Shown here: piece after piece, positions 33,287 through 45,759 of the stretch
How positions within the stretch are numbered: the first letter of the stretch is position 1
Layout of the letters: each line of letters begins with the position of its first letter
From: Klebsormidium nitens
Taxonomy: Eukaryota > Plantae > Klebsormidiophyceae
Reading direction: 5' to 3'
Length of the DNA stretch: 64,000 nucleotides
Assembly (NCBI GenBank): GCA_000708835.1
Contig: DF237335.1
Location: 23,880 to 87,879, forward strand
Translations under genes and position numbers: made by a program
The notes under the pieces: model-generated
What the model was told of the DNA's origin: nothing
Seen by the model: the letters and a program-made list of their open reading frames with translations, nothing else
Databases searched by the model: none

Positions 33287-34027
33287 CGAACGCGCGCGCG
33301 CGCGCTTCGTAGGCAGGGGACGCGTGCTCGGCGGCCTCAGCCATTGAATGTGGCAGAAATGTGTAAAAAGAACTAGAATGAGCTGGCAATGATGAGGTCC
33401 AAAGCCTGGGGCACGGAGGGCCGCCTCAGGGCACCCTCGCCATTGTGCTGCTGACGCCATCACCCCGCCACCACCGGCATTTCTCCATGCAACTTTGCCT
33501 GATCTCTTGTTTTGTAGAATTGACACCTTGTTAAGGAATTCCTGGAGAGAACGTGGCTTCTAATCAGTCGACCTTACGGACATCAATGAAAGGACACCTT
33601 TTGTTGACGCGAGGTCTCTCAGACGGCTATGATCGTATGAATCGAGTTAAGGATCAGTCTTTGGTCCCTTCCGCCTCGCCTAATCAGGTGGATCGGCCCT
33701 AGAAAGGCGGTGATGTACAGCAAAGCTGGGGCGTCTCCCCATGACAAAGTCTGTGCGAAAATACTGACGCCAGGGCCTTTCGGGACCGAAGATCAAATTT
33801 GCAACTCTATATTTGCCTGTTCAAACTTGCTGCGGATAAGATGAACTTTCCCAGTGCGTCATTAGCAAAGGCGCTTCGGAAAGTGACGCAGAGCGTTGGT
33901 ACTGGCAAGGAGATCCATTCGACGCGTGGTTCGTTTTGTAGAGCCACGCGAACTCAGCTTCTGGCTACTCAGAGCCAGCTCAGATAGACCGGCTTCCGCT
34001 AAAAGACAGCTGGAGAGACCCGCTGTT

Positions 34028-34126
34028 CTGAGGGACCGGAAGGCCTATAGGATACACGCGGCGCCTGACGCGGCCGCGAGCGCGCACGCGCGCGAGGCCG
34101 TCTCACCGAGGAGGCCAAAACACTCC
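34028..34126 (+). repeat. ~110-bp CG-rich dispersed repeat, copy 2
   Basis: Similar to 30634-30741. Confidence 0.65.
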
Positions 34127-35189
34127 TTCACATTCCTATCAGAGTCCATAAACGCTGTTCTGTTTGGGGCACCGCGCGCCAGTACCGACGTCCGCTTGGA
34201 TGCCTGCAGCTGACGTGATCGGATCGGCACGGATGCCCACTGACGTCAGCCCGGCCGACGCGCGCACAGCGTTGCTTTCTTACTTAGGGGCCAACTTGAA
34301 GAAAAGCAAGCGGGAGGTCTTCCCGTAACGTCAATACGATTGTGACATTGATGGTATCGGGCGCGCTCTTTGTTATCTCAGACGTTTGAGTGTCTTCACT
34401 TCCGGCGCGGGTAGCAACTAGCATATAAGAGGGTGACGTAGATATGTCCGCATCGATCGAGGTACTCTTTGCTTCGCAGAGAGAGGTTGGAGAGCGCAAC
34501 GATCCTTGCGTTGCGAGAAAACCGCCCTCGCCTTACCATTTGCAGAATCGGCTAGTCCCCTAACAGCTTTGATGCAGTTGTGCCCGGCGGTATTGTCTTT
34601 GAACTGGCGAGGCACGAAGCTTCGAACACTGGCCGCTAATTTTGCACCTGGGCGGCTTTAATCAAGTTGGCTTAGACCCCTCGTAACACCATTCCTTCAG
34701 GACGGATTTGGGAATTCGACCTGTATGACGTGTCGGCGATGAGGAATTACGGCATGGAGCCCCCGCAGACTGAGGGTACTTCATCAGATTCTCGTGTACG
34801 TTTTCTCGATGCCAGAACACGGAAGCTGTCACTATTATGTCAATTGTGCCCGTTCCGCTTCGCGTTCCATTTCTGAACGGGACTGCGGTGCAATTCAGAA
34901 TAGAAAGAGAACATTGATAGCTTGCAGCGTTGGACCGCCGATTAGAGGGCTACGAGAAATCAAATGCACTTGGCGTCCTGTTCGGACAGGTTGAACTTGA
35001 TCAGCGAGTCTCATTTTGACCCAATATCTCTGGAACTTAAGTAACCGCTTTGAAGACGATGATAGCCCCGATCCTGCCTTGACGCCTGTTCATTTGGCAG
35101 CAGTAACATTCATTACGTTAACTGACGCCGACAAGACCGCGGCACAAGCTGCGGTGCTAACCATTGCAAGGAGGCAGATAGATCTACCT

Positions 35190-35289
35190 CTCGCCCCTTT
35201 ACCTCGCACCTTAACCTCGCCCCTTAACCTCGCACCTTAATCTCGCCCCTTAAACTCGCCCCTTAACCTCGCCCCTTAACCTCGCACCC
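35190..35289. repeat. 13-bp minisatellite CTCGC(C/A)CCTTAAC, 7 copies plus a partial one
   Basis: Tandem units counted directly. Confidence 0.92.
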
Positions 35290-36213
35290 AAGCTGTCGTT
35301 TTCGACGGAGGAGTCGATAGCTCCCGCGAAGGCGGAGAGTTTGGTATCATATCTTCGAATTCCGCAACTCCGCACCAAATGACCTACAGACTGGCCGTGC
35401 AACATCTTGGTGCGAGTTTAAGGTGCCCGGGCCTACTATGCTCGCTGGCTTTGGGTCTTTTCAATTGGGCTTCGAATCGCATTTGGTCCCAAGAGGCGCG
35501 AAGACGCCACTTGTGGGCCGCTTGATAGATCCAGCTCAGCCGCAAACATCGCGCGCCCCAATTGCCAGAAGCTATTTCGGAAGCAGACGCCAACTCTTCT
35601 TTGGCGAAGCAACGAGACACTACGCGCGCTTTGACGTCATTGGTCTTGGAGGGGCCGGCTCGAGCTGACGGATGCTTCTCAAGCTACGACTCAGTTCGCA
35701 CTGGGCTTGTCTTCTGTCGCTTGACAAGGATGACAAGTCGCATGCTGCTGGTCTCCGTAGAGGCCGCTGCACGCGACCATGTCAACTTCTAGAGTCAACA
35801 TACACGCAAGTGTGTTTGGGTCCCCTTTTGCGTCGATTACTTCTGCCAGCTCATCTGACTGCTGGCTGACGTCACAAGTCGCGGAGCGCCGTTACACCCG
35901 CATCATCCAGGCGTAATCTACTGCATCACAGGATCTCAGGGCATGCACAGTTCTCAGGGCAGAAGACGTACGACATCTATCAGCCCACGTCGCTCTCACT
36001 TCTCCTGACGTTCTCAAACTTCAAGGTGTAGTCACCTTCCTGAGCGGGCATACTTGTACAGCCATTGTGATTTGTGCACACTGAAAGATTCGCGAACAAA
36101 CAGATTTGCAATCTTACAAATGCATAGATCTCTTCGTACCTCCCAAGTCAACGCTGGTCGACTGTCTCGAATGATCCCGCTGCGCTCACTTGCATCGCAC
36201 AGTTAAGAAACAG

Positions 36214-36561
36214 AGCGTCAGCGATTTTGGTCGCCTTGTGCGCACGCTCTCGTAGGGCGGGCGACCATGTTTGAACCAGGTTCGGACGCCAGGCTTCGAA
36301 ACGGCCGAGTTTCAGATTCGGACGCTAGGTCAGACTTTACAGTCGCGACCGAAAGTCCCAACCTCTGGAAGGACTTCACTCGCCTTTCTAGTTGAATACG
36401 GAGGGCAGTTCACCTGTCTGTTCTTTCGTCGATTGGGACGCTTTCCGCCAACTCTGCTTGTGTGCGGCTCAACGATGGCACGTCGATTGACCCTGGAAGC
36501 CCTGAAAAAGTCTCATATCTTGCCCGAGACCCGCGCGCGCGCGGCTGCTTCGTGGGCCACC
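36214..36561 (+). repeat. ~340-bp diverged dispersed repeat, copy 2
   Basis: Colinear with 32954-33286. Confidence 0.8.
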
Positions 36562-39500
36562 TTGACGAGCGTGCGGCCGTCCCGTAGATCACAGACACGC
36601 GCGCGCGGCCGCTTCGTGTGTGTTTCAGATCGCTTTCGCAAAGCTGGCTGACTCCGAAATCAGCGTCCTCGAAATCAGGACGTCATGACAAGCTAAAGAC
36701 GGGCGTCATGATTGTCCCGGTCCAAGTTCTTTAAACCCGAACCTGCAAGATGACGACTTGTGAAGCGGCATGTTCAGGCCGCCTACGGGGAACTTGACTG
36801 TTACTTAACGTTGGAGCCACCCGCTACAGCTTGTAGTTGAGAACCTCCTAAGTGGTGCCTCCCCGTGTGTCTTCGCTTTTGAATCTCTTACGGTGGGTTT
36901 GATTCTATGTGGGCGTAAAACGGCCGTTCTCTTTCCTGGGCGGATTCTGTGCAACGTATTTTGGTCGTCTAAGTGCGGAGAAACCTCTTGGAGAAAACCT
37001 GATCCTGGATTCTACTTCTCGATCGGATGTCGATCTCAGAGAAGTCTTCGCGGCATTCACTTAAAAGCATCTGGCGATGCTGACAAATGCATCGGTGGCC
37101 CTGATTGGCCATGAGGACTCGGTGCGTTCATGATCGAAGCCGAACTGCCGCGATGTGACAGACGTGAAGACACGAAGTCGACCATTTGTTTTCAATGGGC
37201 GCCAATCTTATCATCCTCCGCACGTTACAGAGTAGCTCAGGAAAATATTGCACTTCCTGCGTTTTGAGTCTTCTGTAGCCCTAAAGGACGCCCGGCCAGG
37301 CTCGAGTGGCGGCGAAACCCTGAACTGACAACGGAGTTGCAATCTTTCTTCTTTCTTGTAGGTGTGTCGGGAATGATGATCGCGCGCTGACTGACACGTG
37401 CTGTTTTCTTCAGGCGCTGAAGCTCTTTGGGTTTCGTGCTGACGTACTCGGGCTGGTCTGACAAGATACCTAACTGCGAAGCTGCCAGTCAGGATCCTGA
37501 CTAGACAGCAATATTAGAGTCTGGGGCCGCCGGCATTTCGCTTAGAAGACTCATAAGAGAGCTCGATATTCTGGAAGTCAAATACTTCGCTCATATACTC
37601 CTACAGTTCCTGCCCGACATCACGGCCCCACAAGCTGAATGTTTCCAGAGTAATTGGAGCAATGACAAATTAAAAGCGCATAGATTGGGTCTGATAATGA
37701 GTCATCGCTCCTTCCTCGTTTGCGCTGATGCTAGCTTCCGAGTCGTTGACACAATCCGGCTGGCTCATTGTTCATTTTCTATTCTTCGAGGCGATCAAAA
37801 GCTCTTGCGGCATTGTACATACTAATCTGTGTACAACGAGCAAAAGTAAATCAGAACGCGCGCTCCTGAGGATGCTGTAATCAGTGGTGCATTCAGCTGA
37901 GCGCTGAATATACGGACGACGGTCTTTCTTCCAATATTTGGCTCTTCGAGGCGCCACCGATTGTTGCCAGTGCCAGCAGCCACGAAAATGAGTATATCTC
38001 GTTGTTCGAGGAAAATACGTCACGTATGCTCGCTTGAAATCACTTTTCTTTTCCAATTCTGTTATCAGCAATCAACGGCCAGGGATTGATACAATGTGTG
38101 AGCGAGTGCTCAGTAATTGTTTGCCGCGTCTGAGGCCGCTCGGATGTTGACAGGTGTGAACTTTCGGTTGAGACGGCAAACTTTTGGTCTCTGTCTGGTT
38201 CACTAGAGCTTGCCAAAACAGTAAAAGACTCTCCTTCGCCGATGCATCCTCATGCGCGGCATGATCAAATCATATGAGTACACACGTGCTGCAATGATGT
38301 ACGAACAGCGTAGGCGTGCTGCACGACATGAGGTGGCATGCATTGAAAGCTAGCTCCACTGTACTGCGCAACTCGGCATCGGCGCTCGAAATTCTCCGGA
38401 AGGATTTAAGTATGAAAACGTATACGATCAGCTTGAAGAGTGACATGCCTCTCAGGGAAGCGAGGCCAAGGCTCGCAGACCAGCACTAGCGCCTTCTGTA
38501 AGATGACCAACTTTCAGCACTTTTTCCAATACAATTGTGCCGCCGCTCATTTGCGGAATACATGCTGACTCGACTTAATCTTGATCAGCACGACCCCAGC
38601 ACGACCACGACGTGTGCATGTGCGGTCGCCATCAAATCAAGGGAAGCGTTCCGGGAGCGTTCCGGCCGGCTCGTATAATCTGCACTTAAGCTTGGCCCGG
38701 GGGCGTGCTACATACGTCACAGTAAACGAAGCTGACATTTGCTGATGCAAGTATATTGACGGATTTGGCCGCCCGCCGAGCAGCGTTACAGCTCCTTACA
38801 AGTAATTGAGGCTTCGGTTTGAGTTTCGTCTTCTACAGAGAAAGAGCGGCTGTCATTGCTAGCTCGTCGGGGTTACTAGCTGATTAGCGAGCCTCTGTCT
38901 GCAACGTCGGATTACTCGCCAACAGCTAGGAATTTTCCTTTATCCAATTTCCCTGTGCAGTCGTTTAGTAATTGATTGTAACAGTCGACGTAAGCAGCGC
39001 TTGCTTCACGAATCACAAAGCTGGTGGTTCGAACTTCGAAGAGTTCAGGATGACGCAATCATTGATGCAACGGAAAAGGCGGGATTTTGCGCAATCAGAG
39101 GACCTTCAGTCAGTTTACTTCAACTCACTGCCCAGTCAAGCTCAGCCTATCACAGTGAACAGACTGAACTTCAAGGCTTGAAACAAGTTTCAGAGATTTT
39201 TCTGGATTTCCCGGACCTGACAATTCCTGTGAGCTTGGAGACACTGTAACCAACTGATCGTTGGCATAAAAGCCGCCAACCGCAGCGCGCCACGTGTCCC
39301 CCCGGCCGAAAAACCTGCCCGCATGGCAGAATCGGCCAGGCTGCCTGGGCTCGGTTAGAGACTTTTGGGTCAGCGCCTGGCTTTCGAAACCCGACCTTTA
39401 ATCGGAAAAGCATCACCAGTCCTGACTCAGCTGTGTCGGAACATCCAGGCCCGGGAAGTCGGAGCTCGCTCAGACGCCTGAGGCTGCGGCCTGGGTCAGG

Positions 39501-40213
39501 CTCCCTCCCTCACGCCTCGCTGGTCTGGAACCGGCACTTCGGAATCGCAACAATTTGCCACTTCGGAGCTCGCTCAAGACGCCTGAGTCAGGCTCCCTCT
39601 TCAAAGAGCCTCGGCCCAGAACCGGCAGTTCGGGATCGCTCAACCGGGACAGTCTAAAATGGAGCTTGCTGAGACGTCTGAGTCTGACTCAGGCCTCCCA
39701 TTGCAAGGGAGTTGGAGAGAATCTGTACCTATAAAGAGAGGTCCTGCCCCCTCATACATTCATTCCTTTAGCACTCTTTCCCAGCGTCTCAGGAAAGTTC
39801 CAAAGCACGCGTGCCACTCAGATTTCAGCGACCTACAAGCATCCTTTTCTCAGAGACAACATGCCCGCCATGTTCTGCAGCGCCTTTCTTAGCAAATCAC
39901 GTACCACTAGCTTACTTTGAATTGTAGAAGGCCTGATTTGCCGTGGATCAGCTGCCACTGTGAGTGCGAGGTACCAGCGGGCTAAGCTGGTCAAGTGGTG
40001 GAGGGCAGCTCCAATCCCGCTTAGCATCTGTGCGCAGCTGCCAAGCGCATAGTGCAATGTGTTGTGCTCGAGTTGCTGGCAGTGTGGTCCGAGTTATGAG
40101 CTTCTGAACGTACGCTCTTGTGTAGGTAGTAATAAGCTGTTAGCAGAGGGGGCCAGCTTCGTCAAACAGCTTGCAGAAGAGCACCATTAAATTTGCAACT
40201 GGGGGCTGCTGGC

Positions 40214-41703
40214 ATGGCTTCTGACCTGCGTTTCCACTGGGAAAGGTAAGCCATGTTTATGAGCTGAGTATGCCCCACGTATGCCGAGCAAGAAGGGCTG
40301 ATCATTGATTGCGTTGCACTGAAAGGCCTTTCCATACTGTTGTGCTCTGACCCACAGGAAGCAAACTGTCACTTTGTGTACCTGCCTGTCTACGCTCTGT
40401 TGCTTCTTTATATGAGTCGATCTTGCAAAACCTGGACATGGCTGTGGTGGAGGTTTAGAGCAAGAGATTTAATCGGTGCTGCTAGGATCACTAGCTAATA
40501 TGGAACCCTTCCCCTCACTCGAATGCTGACTTGCACCCCCTATCTGTTTCTCTTCAGTGATCCTTCCTCCTCTGAAGAACCGGAAGGAGAGGATATTGAA
40601 GGTGTTGAGTATGCGCCCCGCTCTGTTGACGGCTCAGAGTCTGGACGCTCACTTGCGGACTTCCTCCAAGACGAAGACTGTGCCAGTATCCAAGGTCCGT
40701 CCTTCTACAGGGCGTTTAACAACGAGAAAAGCCTCAGCCCAGCTTATCTGCCAAGGGGTCTCCCAAATCTGCTAAGCAAGAAGAGACCCGCTCCGGTGAG
40801 CTTGCTTGTATTTTACATGCTTCCGGTGTGCAGCATTTGCGCGTCTTCTTCTGCCTTGATTCCATGACATAGGTTTTTGGAAAGAACCTTCCTTGCTTCT
40901 TGCAGCGCTAAGCCTTTGGCCTTCATTCGAAGACAGGCCCAGAAGTTTTGTAACTTGTCGTGCTTACAAGTCGTACCTAGGAGCAATGAATGCTTGACAC
41001 AGCTTGTGTGCTTGTGAAATCCTACTCTGCAATTCACCATTGTTGAAAAGGCTTTGCGCTGCTCTGAAGAACCATGAGTAGCTCATTTGCATGTATGCCT
41101 TGCAGGGGTATCTGCCTACGTCTCCATTCGCTTGGTCCTGTGGCAGCGCCTTCAGACAGCGGACCTGCATAACGCCCCCAAGCTGCAACTCACAGGTGAG
41201 GTAACAGGCTATTACAAACTTTGAGCAACTTGTGATCAAACCCGAGGGGTGCTACACACAATGATTTCAGCCGTTCTCCCAACCGATGATTGCACCTCAG
41301 AAGGTCCCATCAGCGACGGAGCGTTCTCATTGTGAGTTGCTTTGGAGAACGCTTGACAGGGAGGATGATGATCCATTGCGCAGACGAGGGAGTGTTCTAA
41401 GTCTGCTGATTACTGCCTCGATTCCAGATAAAGGTCTATTGCAGTCTAGAAGAAAGGTTGCTTCGTTTTGCACTTTAGAGTTGTTGAGTCTACCTCTTAT
41501 TTCACCGATCTTAGAAACTTCTTGTCTTGCATTTACAAAGTGCCTCCCCTTCTCAGGTACCTTCATCTTCTCGCGTCCTTCAAAGCAATGGCGGCAAGAA
41601 GGGTTCAAGTCAACCTTCAGCTGGCGACTGTAGTCAAAGCCTAACACTGAGAAGGAGAGGCCTCGTAAAGAAGCGGCGGCGCGTCATCCTCTCGCAAGAG
41701 TAA
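40214..41703 (+). pseudogene. Truncated paralog of exons 1-3 of the PrimPol-helicase gene (138 aa, then TAA)
   Basis: Exons 40214-40245, 40558-40795 and 41557 onward mirror 45760-45791, 46115-46352 and 46936-47121. GLVKKRRRVILSQE* versus GLAKKRRRVILSQDS (TCA to TAA). Confidence 0.8.
40388..40437 (+). repeat. 50-bp palindromic box (intron 1 of the truncated paralog)
   Basis: gtctacgctctg-26 nt-caaaacctggac. Confidence 0.75.
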
Positions 41704-42359
41704 GAAGAAGAGCAGCCGGTGCTCCCCCCCATTGGGTGAGAAGTGCGCTCAGCACAACAGCGTCCCTCTCCGCATGCAAAAGGCGGAACGTTGTGACGGT
41801 CCGTTTGAGTGACCCCAAAGGCTAATGCGACCTAAGTGGGTTTTGAGGGTCGGTGCGAACCCTTGGGGCTGCTATGCCAGTTTTCTGAGGCCTCAAGTGT
41901 GCCAGTGACTACCACGTATGGAATCCTGAGGGCTTGTTGGAGTTGAGTCAACACGGCAACGTAAATGTTGTTGCAGCCAATCATGTAGCGTCAAGCTCGA
42001 GTAGGGTTAACAACTTGGGGTGACAAACAGATGTCTATCGTGCTCTGCGCAGCGAAGGGTAGGTCTATGTGCAAATGATCGACATGTTCGATCTACCATG
42101 CATGTTCATGCTTTGAATCTGCACACGGCATCATGCAATTAATGATGCAGGTGTTTGCATTCCTTTGTTGAAGGTCATGCACATTCATATATCGATCGGG
42201 GCGTCTCGCACGCTTATGTATCATCGCCGCGCATGCACACTAAAGTCGTCACTCTAGAACAAAAGCGCGGAAAATATGCGCATCAAATCAAAGATATATA
42301 TGCATAATTGTATGCATGTTTGAGTTCACACGATCAAGCTCATACCAATGGAACATACG

Positions 42360-43064
42360 TTATGCATGATACACATGTACATCACCATCTGATCGTTTTA
42401 CACGAGTACCAAAGTATAAATACAAACAACCTCCAAACAATTGACTTGATGGAGACAAACCATCTTGCATGCCAGTAATGTAAGCGCTTGTCCGAACAAC
42501 TAGAATCGGTTTACTTCTGATCTGATCTTTTAACTCAGGAACGATGTCAAAATATGTACAGTGCTTTGGGCGGACTTTTGTCATGTGGCGCTTGTCTAAG
42601 GTTGCTAGTTGACTAGTATTCAAACGCTCTGCCACCTCAATGACTGACGCGTCCACGAGACCCAAAGGGAAATCTGAATACTTCTTCACTAACTCTAGGG
42701 CTCGTGGCAGGAACGACGGTTCCCATACGTCGACGATGAACAGCCCTTTCAAGACCCCTTCTTCAAGACACACAACTTCAATCTCCGTTCCACTATCTTT
42801 CACCAGTAGATGAGTTACCTCCGGAAGACAAAGTGACGGAAGAACCAATGGGTACCCCTCAGGGATAAGGACTGCTTCCATGATCTCATCGATGACTTTG
42901 TGATCAGCATCATTGTAGTCGAAGTACGCTTTAAGGAATCCCGCATCCACCACAAACGCATCTTCTAAACGCCGTCCCTCATGTGTCTTGACTGTTTTGA
43001 AGGTCGGAGCCATTGCCACGTTGTCTGCTTCTTTCCTTCTCGACCGCTTCCCAGCTGCAACCAA
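42360..43064 (-). CDS. VapC-like PIN-domain ribonuclease (bacterial toxin type), no intron within the domain; first ATG at 43013
   Basis: FVVDAG, LVLPSLCLPEV, ALELVKKYSDFPLGLVDASVIEVAERLNTSQLATLDKRHM..VRPKH; all four acidic PIN positions are present. A candidate acceptor (tttgctttggttgcag) just before 43054 means it could instead be a terminal exon. Confidence 0.85.
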   Translation of the reverse strand: MVAAGKRSRRKEADNVAMAPTFKTVKTHEGRRLEDAFVVDAGFLKAYFDYNDADHKVIDEIMEAVLIPEGYPLVLPSLCLPEVTHLLVKDSGTEIEVVCLEEGVLKGLFIVDVWEPSFLPRALELVKKYSDFPLGLVDASVIEVAERLNTSQLATLDKRHMTKVRPKHCTYFDIVPELKDQIRSKPILVVRTSAYITGMQDGLSPSSQLFGGCLYLYFGTRVKRSDGDVHVYHA

Positions 43065-44914
43065 AGCAAAGGTTGGAATCAGTGGTTAGAGAACTCGTAT
43101 CTCTTGGGGAGCAAACACTGTTTACAGTCTATCTATGCAAGCTGAGATGCCGCCTAGAGTAAATAGCTTCAAAGCAACTACCGTAAGGCGTAGTCTAGCC
43201 TCCCTCAGCCTAAAGGTTTTGTGCCAAATAGTCTGGTCCGTGACAACATGCACACGACTGGCCCTACCAATTACTGCTTGCAAAGGCCTACAGATTGTTA
43301 GGGCAGATGCATCAATTCCTAACATAGCTTCAACTGACAAAGAAGGGAGACCTTTCAAAACCGGCTGGAAAACCCTTTGCATATTGGCGGTTCCGCTGGT
43401 ATCCTTCAACTGTGTTGTCACTCACGCTTCGATCCACGCTTGAGAGCGTCCACGACGCATGTATCGCGCCTTCCGTTCCTCCATACTGATAGACTCGGCT
43501 TGCTCGCGCCACATGGCCCATTGGCGGTCCGTCTCGGCCCAATGTTCAAGCTCTTCCCGGTCCATAGTCTTTCCCTCAGGGATCCAAGACTCTTCAAAGA
43601 CAATTGCAACTGGTCAGATTGCAACGCAGGCATCTCCTTAGCACTGTTAGGGTTTCTGGGGCTGAGGTCCGAACGACGACATCGCAACAGCTTGTGCCCT
43701 AGCCAATCACCTTTTGCAAACATTTCATGAGCAAGTAAGAAATTTTGACAACGACAGAATACTTGAAGCAGATGATAACTGCAAGGATGCTGATAATGTC
43801 CGTCAAAGACCACATAATGGAAAGTCAGCGATCACAGCACTGCTGCAGCAAGAAATCTATGAAGCTGCCCATATCGCAGGGACCCTGATACACGAGAGAC
43901 TCCTTGAACTGCAGGAGATCTGAGAAATGCATACGTCAGCAAGAGTCTCCAAGGAGCGGCTATCATAAAAAATGTTTTGATGAAGGCGAGCAAGGCTTTC
44001 ACAAAAGGTGTCCTGAACAGGTCCCCAAAAAAACCTCAACCTTGCTGGAAAAACGAATTCGCTCAGACCTATTTCTACAACCCAGGCCCCTTCTGGAAAA
44101 TGGTGGTTAGGGAAGCTCCAGTTCAGCTCGTACGTCAACTTTGTACCAAACGCCTAATGACACTGCCCTTGCTGAATCCAGAGATGAATGCTTCTGTAAC
44201 ATGTTCCCCTACCACAAAAGTACCTAAACCCCTTCCTTTCCTCCTGTTGCTGCGAGAACATTTCTGACATAAAGAGAAGCTTGCGAGAGGAGGTTCCAGC
44301 AGCCTATACTACATACCGGTGGCTCGCTCCCCCTTGAGCAGACTTCCAGACCACATCGGACGCCCCACGTTCCTGGCCTTGGGAGCAACAATGATTGCAT
44401 GCTCCTGGTTGTCTTGCCGGTGAGGCCCCTGGCAACCACAAAAGTACACCCTTCAAGAGAAAGTCAAGGTGATTGAGCAATGGCTGAAACAACAACACCG
44501 CCGCCCCAGCAAAAGAAGTGCCAGTAGATGACGCTCCTTTCTTATGCCACACAGCTTTTTAATGTAAGCATGCAAGTCCGAGAAAGATGCAACAACGGGG
44601 TCGAACCTTGAACCTTGCAACATTAAGGTTATCCAAAACAAAAAAGAAGGGGGGTCGAGACAGAGCAATCCGCCTTATTCAGGCGTTCACGTCCAACAGT
44701 GGCCGTACACAAGGCAAAATCTCACCTGTGCAGCAGGGGCGCAGCAACGAACTTGAACGACGCGACAGGCGGAAGCCATGCGTGCCTACTTTTCGAAACT
44801 TTGCGCAACCAGTGCAAGTCGAGTTGGAGAGACTCTGCTGCGACTGGTCCAGCCAGGGTGGCTCCCTTGTCCTGCCTCCAACTAACCAAGATTGTTGACA
44901 TAAAACCCGCCAAG

Positions 44915-45440
44915 CTCAGCGTGTACCCCCCGGCCGGAAAACCTGCCCCCCTGCCCGAACCGGCCAAGCTGCCCCTCGAACTGGCCTGGGTTAGAAACTT
45001 TCTGGGTTACCTTGAAAGGGAAAGAAACCAGCCCCAAAAATTTCACGGAGGAACTGCATCGGAACAAGGCACTGATCACCTGCCGTTTCACCACGTGCCA
45101 TGCCGGCTGAACCCTAAAGTTCCCGATAATCCAGGAGTCAGGCCAGAGAGACAGCCAACACTCCCGACTGCAACCGCTGACTCGGAGCTCGCTGAGACAC
45201 CCGAGTCAGGCCTCCTTTCCAGAGAGACAGCCAACGCTCAACCGCAACAGCTGAGTTGGAGCTCGCTCAGACGTCTGAGTCAGGTTTCCCTTGAGAGAGA
45301 GCTCGGAATGGCTTCGGAAACGCTCAACCGCTTCAGATTTGCTCGAGGAAAGTCTGACTCAGGCCCCTCTCGCGAGAAGCAAACAATGGGGCTTAGGGCG
45401 GCAAAAACTCTATATAAGGAGGTCTCATTCCTCTTTTCAG
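44915..45440 (+). promoter_or_regulatory. Putative Pol II promoter of the PrimPol-helicase gene: repeated GAGTCA/TGACTCA sites and a TATATAA box (45411-45417)
   Basis: The paralogous copy at 39280-39760 also has repeated TGASTCA motifs and TATAAA (39730-39735). Both lie upstream of a conserved GGCATGG start. Confidence 0.5.
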
Positions 45441-45759
45441 ATCAGCCAAGTCTATCATCCTTCAGCCCTCCCTCCTCGCAACATCCCAGCAGCAACTTCT
45501 TTCCGACCTGCATACACTGTTCTGAAGCGCCCTCTTCAGAGCAACACCAACAGCTTCCTTCAGTCTGTAGGAGACCTTTACAGCATGCTTTTCCTGCTCT
45601 GAGCGGGCCTCTTCCTGCCTGCGACCTCCTGCACGCGAGCACCGATTTCTTGCATAGTTAGGGAAGCCAGGAAGCCCCGAGCCAGTCTCAGCATCCGTGC
45701 GCAGCTGCCCAACGCAGCTTGCAACAGCACCAATACAGCTGCAACTGAAGACTGCTGGC

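Noticed and set aside
21200-39200. Numerous 60-170 aa ORFs in the gene-poor zone
   Set aside because: No motifs, consistent exon chains or codon bias that I can support.
43122-43421. 99-aa ORF as a VapB antitoxin
   Set aside because: No RHH, AbrB or Phd-like signature, and it starts inside a likely splice donor. Kept only as a remote possibility.
44699-45661. 320-aa ORF upstream of the helicase gene
   Set aside because: Its repeat units shift frame, the paralogous copy has no equivalent ORF, and it spans a TATA box. It is better read as promoter/5'UTR.
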